From contig NC_043007.1 of NCBI RefSeq assembly GCF_006345805.1, positions 73,718,001 through 73,782,000 on the forward strand: a stretch of 64,000 nucleotides of DNA, written 5' to 3'. This stretch comes from Octopus sinensis. Lineage: Eukaryota. Shown here one piece after another: positions 60,836-64,000 of the stretch (within the stretch, counting starts at the first letter, position 1; the number at the start of each line of letters is the position of its first letter). Position numbers and translations under genes: made by a program. A model generated the notes under the pieces. It had not been told where the DNA came from. It made no database searches and saw only the letters and a list, made by a program, of their open reading frames with translations.

Positions 60836-61530
60836 CCGTATTTGACGGCATATAGGACGCACTTTTTTCCAAAAGATTTGGCTAAAGAAATCGCCCTGCG
60901 TCTAATATGCGAAGTCAAGACCCTCCCGTAGGCTAATCTTCTCCCAGACGCTCACTAACCTAGCTTACGATAAGTATTTCTACCTACGTTAACGCCTTAA
61001 TGATATTTTCCGTACTCATGCATCATTATTTTATTGCTAGTATTATTATTATTACTATTACCAGTATTATTACTTTAAAATACGAATTATCGTAAAAATC
61101 AAAGCAATCTACCGTAAATTGTTAGGCTGCGATCCATGACACACGTTTACTAATATCAGCTGATCGGAACCCTAACTCGATGCCATCTGCCGGTGAGGAG
61201 TAAAACTACATGATCGTTGCGAGTTCGTGTATATACGGAGGTAGGTTGGATATCTTGGTACAACAAAGTTTATGATCATAACAAAACACACTACAACAGT
61301 ACAAGCACCCTCACGGTTATGGCAACACCCTCACGGCTATTGCAATTTGTATGCTTTCCTTTTGTATGCTTGCTTTTATACAGCAATGTGTTCTGCTTTT
61401 GTAATGTGCTGCTAGACTGCTTTCAACAATATATGCTTAAATACACTTAAAACTTTTTTTCCTGAATTTGACCTGCTGAAATGAGGGTGCGTCTAATATG
61501 ACAGTGCGTCTAATATGCCGTCAAATACGG
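60836..61530. mobile_element. pogo/Tigger-like MITE nested in a copy of the 2121-type MITE
   Basis: TA|CCGTATTTGACGGCATATAGGACGCAC...GTGCGTCTAATATGCCGTCAAATACGG|TA. Confidence 0.85.
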
Positions 61531-61727
61531 TAACTAAACAATCTTAAACTTCGTATACTGTTAGAATGTGTCAAAATAAAACATTTTTTTTCTCTTGGCT
61601 TTCTTGAGAATATTGTAATTTGTAAGTTTAACGTAGTTTAATTTTTCGAATGTTAACCAATCCTATGGTCTCTATTGGGCTAAAATCATTTGCTGTGTCT
61701 AAAACTGAGACAACATCCTGTCACTGT

Positions 61728-61809
61728 CCCTAACCCTAACCCTACACTAACCCTAACCCTAACTCTAACCCAACCCTAACACTAACCCTAACCCTAACCC
61801 TAACCCTAA
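61728..61809 (-). repeat. interstitial telomere-like (TTAGGG)n tract, imperfect
   Basis: About 13 CCCTAA-type units on the + strand inside a MITE. Confidence 0.85.
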
Positions 61810-62526
61810 ATTTTAGCCTTTGGTTTTTTTCTTAATTGTTAAATAAATTTAATTGTTACGCGTATGTCTAAAATTATTCGTTTTGTTTTTGTGTTGAGAT
61901 ACACGTGTATTGTTTAAACTATTTTCCATTGCTTAAGAAAAAAAAAAAACGAAAGGCTAAAACGAAAGCAATGGAAAATCATTTAAACAATTAACAAACA
62001 AAATAATTCTATAATTTTATACACACGCTTTCCGAACGTAAACATGACAATGACATCGACCCTAGTATTTAACTGGTACTTATTTTATCAACCCTCGAGA
62101 AAAGAAAAAACAAAGTCGATCTGGCGGAGTTTGAATTCAGAACGTAAAGACGGACGAAATGCTAACGGCTCTAGCAGCTCGCCACCTTTCTATGTTTAAT
62201 AATAAGTCATTACTGGTCTTCAAGAGGTTTCTGAATTACAAATAAAAAAGATATTTTTTCGGCGTGTTTTTCACTGAAACCACATATTTCCATCTCCCAG
62301 TTATAAAGAAGATGGAAGCATAAACAAACTGAGGTGTGTCATTGACATCTGCGTTGTTGTAGGTGGTGGAAATTAGATCTGATAAACGCGATATATAGCA
62401 TTGGAATGAGAATAATGTTACAGAGATACAAATCACAACTGACTTTGACAGTTTCATCTTGTTGACTTAGTAGACCGCTTATCATTCTTGTTAGTCTCCA
62501 GCAGATTTATGACAAATTGTGTTCGA

Positions 62527-62885
62527 GTGGCTGTGTGGTAAGTAGCTTGCTAACCAACCACACGGTTGCGGGTTCAGTCCCACTGCGTGGCATCTTGGGC
62601 AAGTGTCTTCTGCTATAGCCCCGGGCCGACCAATGCCTTGTGAGTGGATTTGGTAGACGGAAACTGAAAGAAGCCTGTCGTATATATGTATATATATGTA
62701 TATGTGTGTGTGTTTGTGTGTCTGTGTTTGTCCCCCTAGCATTGCTTGACAACCGATGCTGGTGTGTTTACGTCCCCGTCACTTAGCGGTTCGGCAAAAA
62801 GAGACCGATAGAATAAGTACTAAAAGGTGGTGCTCCAGCATGGCCGCAGTCAAATGACTGAAACAAGTAAAAGAGTAAAAGAGTA
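62527..62885 (+). mobile_element. tRNA-derived SINE family B, near full length
   Basis: GGCTGTGTGGTAAG...GGGTTCAGTCCC head, CTTGGGCAAGTGTCTTC, internal (TA/TG)n, GACTGAAACAAGTAAAAGAG tail; other copies ~12455-12790(+), 28445-28850(-), 32735-33145(-), 35290-35640(+), 43628-44010(+), 45545-45962(-), 59905-60305(-). Confidence 0.85.
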
Positions 62886-64000
62886 TGTGGTTGTTCCATG
62901 TATGTTTTTTTACATAGTTTTGCTTTCCTCGCCATGTCTTCTACTTGTGGTGTAAATGTATTACATGCATCTTCCAATACCTTCCCCTTCTGTGTGTATA
63001 GTTTGTTTACGATGTTGAATGTGATGTTTGGTTGTATTTCATACTCTCTGGTGTTGCCAGTAAGAAAGGAGACAATGGATTTAATATGTGCTACTTATAA
63101 GTCGATTGTTGTGCGAGCTGGCAGAAACGTTAACACGCCGGGCGAAATGCGTAGCTGTATTTCGTCTGCCGTTACGTTCTGGGTTCAAATTCCGCCGAGG
63201 TTGACTTTGCCTTTCATCCTTTCGGGGTCGATAAATTAAGTACCAGTAACGCACCGGGGTCGATGTAATCGACTTAATACCTTTGCCTGTCCTTGTTTGT
63301 CCCCTCTGTGTTTAGCCCCTTGGGGGCAGTAAAGAAATATGTTGTGGATCCAGATTTCTCGAGGATTTAAGTAAAGTGCAGTACTGCCAGGAGAATGGTG
63401 GGGTGGGTGTAAGTATGATGTAATCTGAACATAAGTTTGTCTACGAATTTCGTAGAAATGTGAGAAGTTGGTTTCGATATAACTTAAAAGAAAGTAACAT
63501 GATGGATCCCTGATGTACATCACTTATGACATCGAAGGCTCTGTACACTACATAAGTTCTGCAGTTAGTTTTCTACCCAGCGTTTTATGTTGTTGATTTA
63601 AGGTAGTGTTGAATATTTGCTTATGAGAAATGGAGTGAAAAGGTTTACTGTTTGGATCGAGTAATGGATTTCGAAACGAAGTGGGCTTTCGTCTCTATCT
63701 TGACGGCCAGTTAGAGCTTTTGACTAAAGATGCGAGTTGCTGCAAAAGGTTGAGAACAGCAGTTGAAGTATAGGAGGCGGTAGGCAGTTGCATGAAGCTT
63801 AAATCGCCCTGTCTGGGTTGTCTGTCCTATAAGTTTCACATATTCATACTATATTTGTTTGGCGACTTTTGGTAGATGTCTACTGAAACTGGCAGCAAAA
63901 CAGGAAAATTCCTAGTTCTGTGAGCTGGTGAGTGGTAACGTTGGTGAGAAAGAATGCCAGCGAGTGAGGTGAGGTCGTAAATAACTTTCAGCCCATAACT

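Noticed and set aside
12370-62752. Recurrent ORFs such as [10 protein letters not shown]...[13 protein letters not shown], ...[14 protein letters not shown] and ...[10 protein letters not shown]
   Set aside because: Chance open frames in SINE consensus sequences, repeated with each copy; no protein domain or splice support.
63380-64000. Coding-like, balanced-composition sequence at the window end
   Set aside because: No ORF of 60 aa or more, no recognisable motif or splice pattern; probably an old repeat but unassignable.

Overview
Eukaryotic, AT-rich, repeat-dense genomic DNA. The SINE, MITE and microsatellite complement looks octopod (Octopus-like); this is inference from recalled repeat families, not a database hit. 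One complete protein-coding gene is present: GTPBP2 (translational GTPase, ribosome rescue) on the + strand. I reconstructed it by hand as 12 GT-AG coding exons from ATG 6163 to TGA 38734 (1686 nt, 561 aa; all phases join; exon 2 is a 27-nt micro-exon). The rest is transposon-derived: a young, near-complete Ty3/Gypsy (Mag-like) LTR element at 48519-53051 (238-bp LTRs differing at 2 sites, ATGAT target duplication, tRNA-Leu-like PBS); a deleted Tc1-type element with DD36E spacing flanked by an inverted duplication of host sequence (intron 8); Gypsy, RTE and Penelope relics; a CpG-decayed hammerhead ribozyme motif; Helitron, hAT, piggyBac-like and pogo-like MITEs (several nested); three or four SINE-type families; long hairpins inside the GTPBP2 pre-mRNA; and a 26-bp-monomer higher-order minisatellite. 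I found no CRISPR, rRNA or true tRNA gene, and I cannot claim a wholly new biological system. The best leads are the DD36E element, the possibly intact Gypsy element, the intronic dsRNA hairpins and the two-uORF leader. Repeat boundaries are approximate unless a TSD or TIR is quoted.
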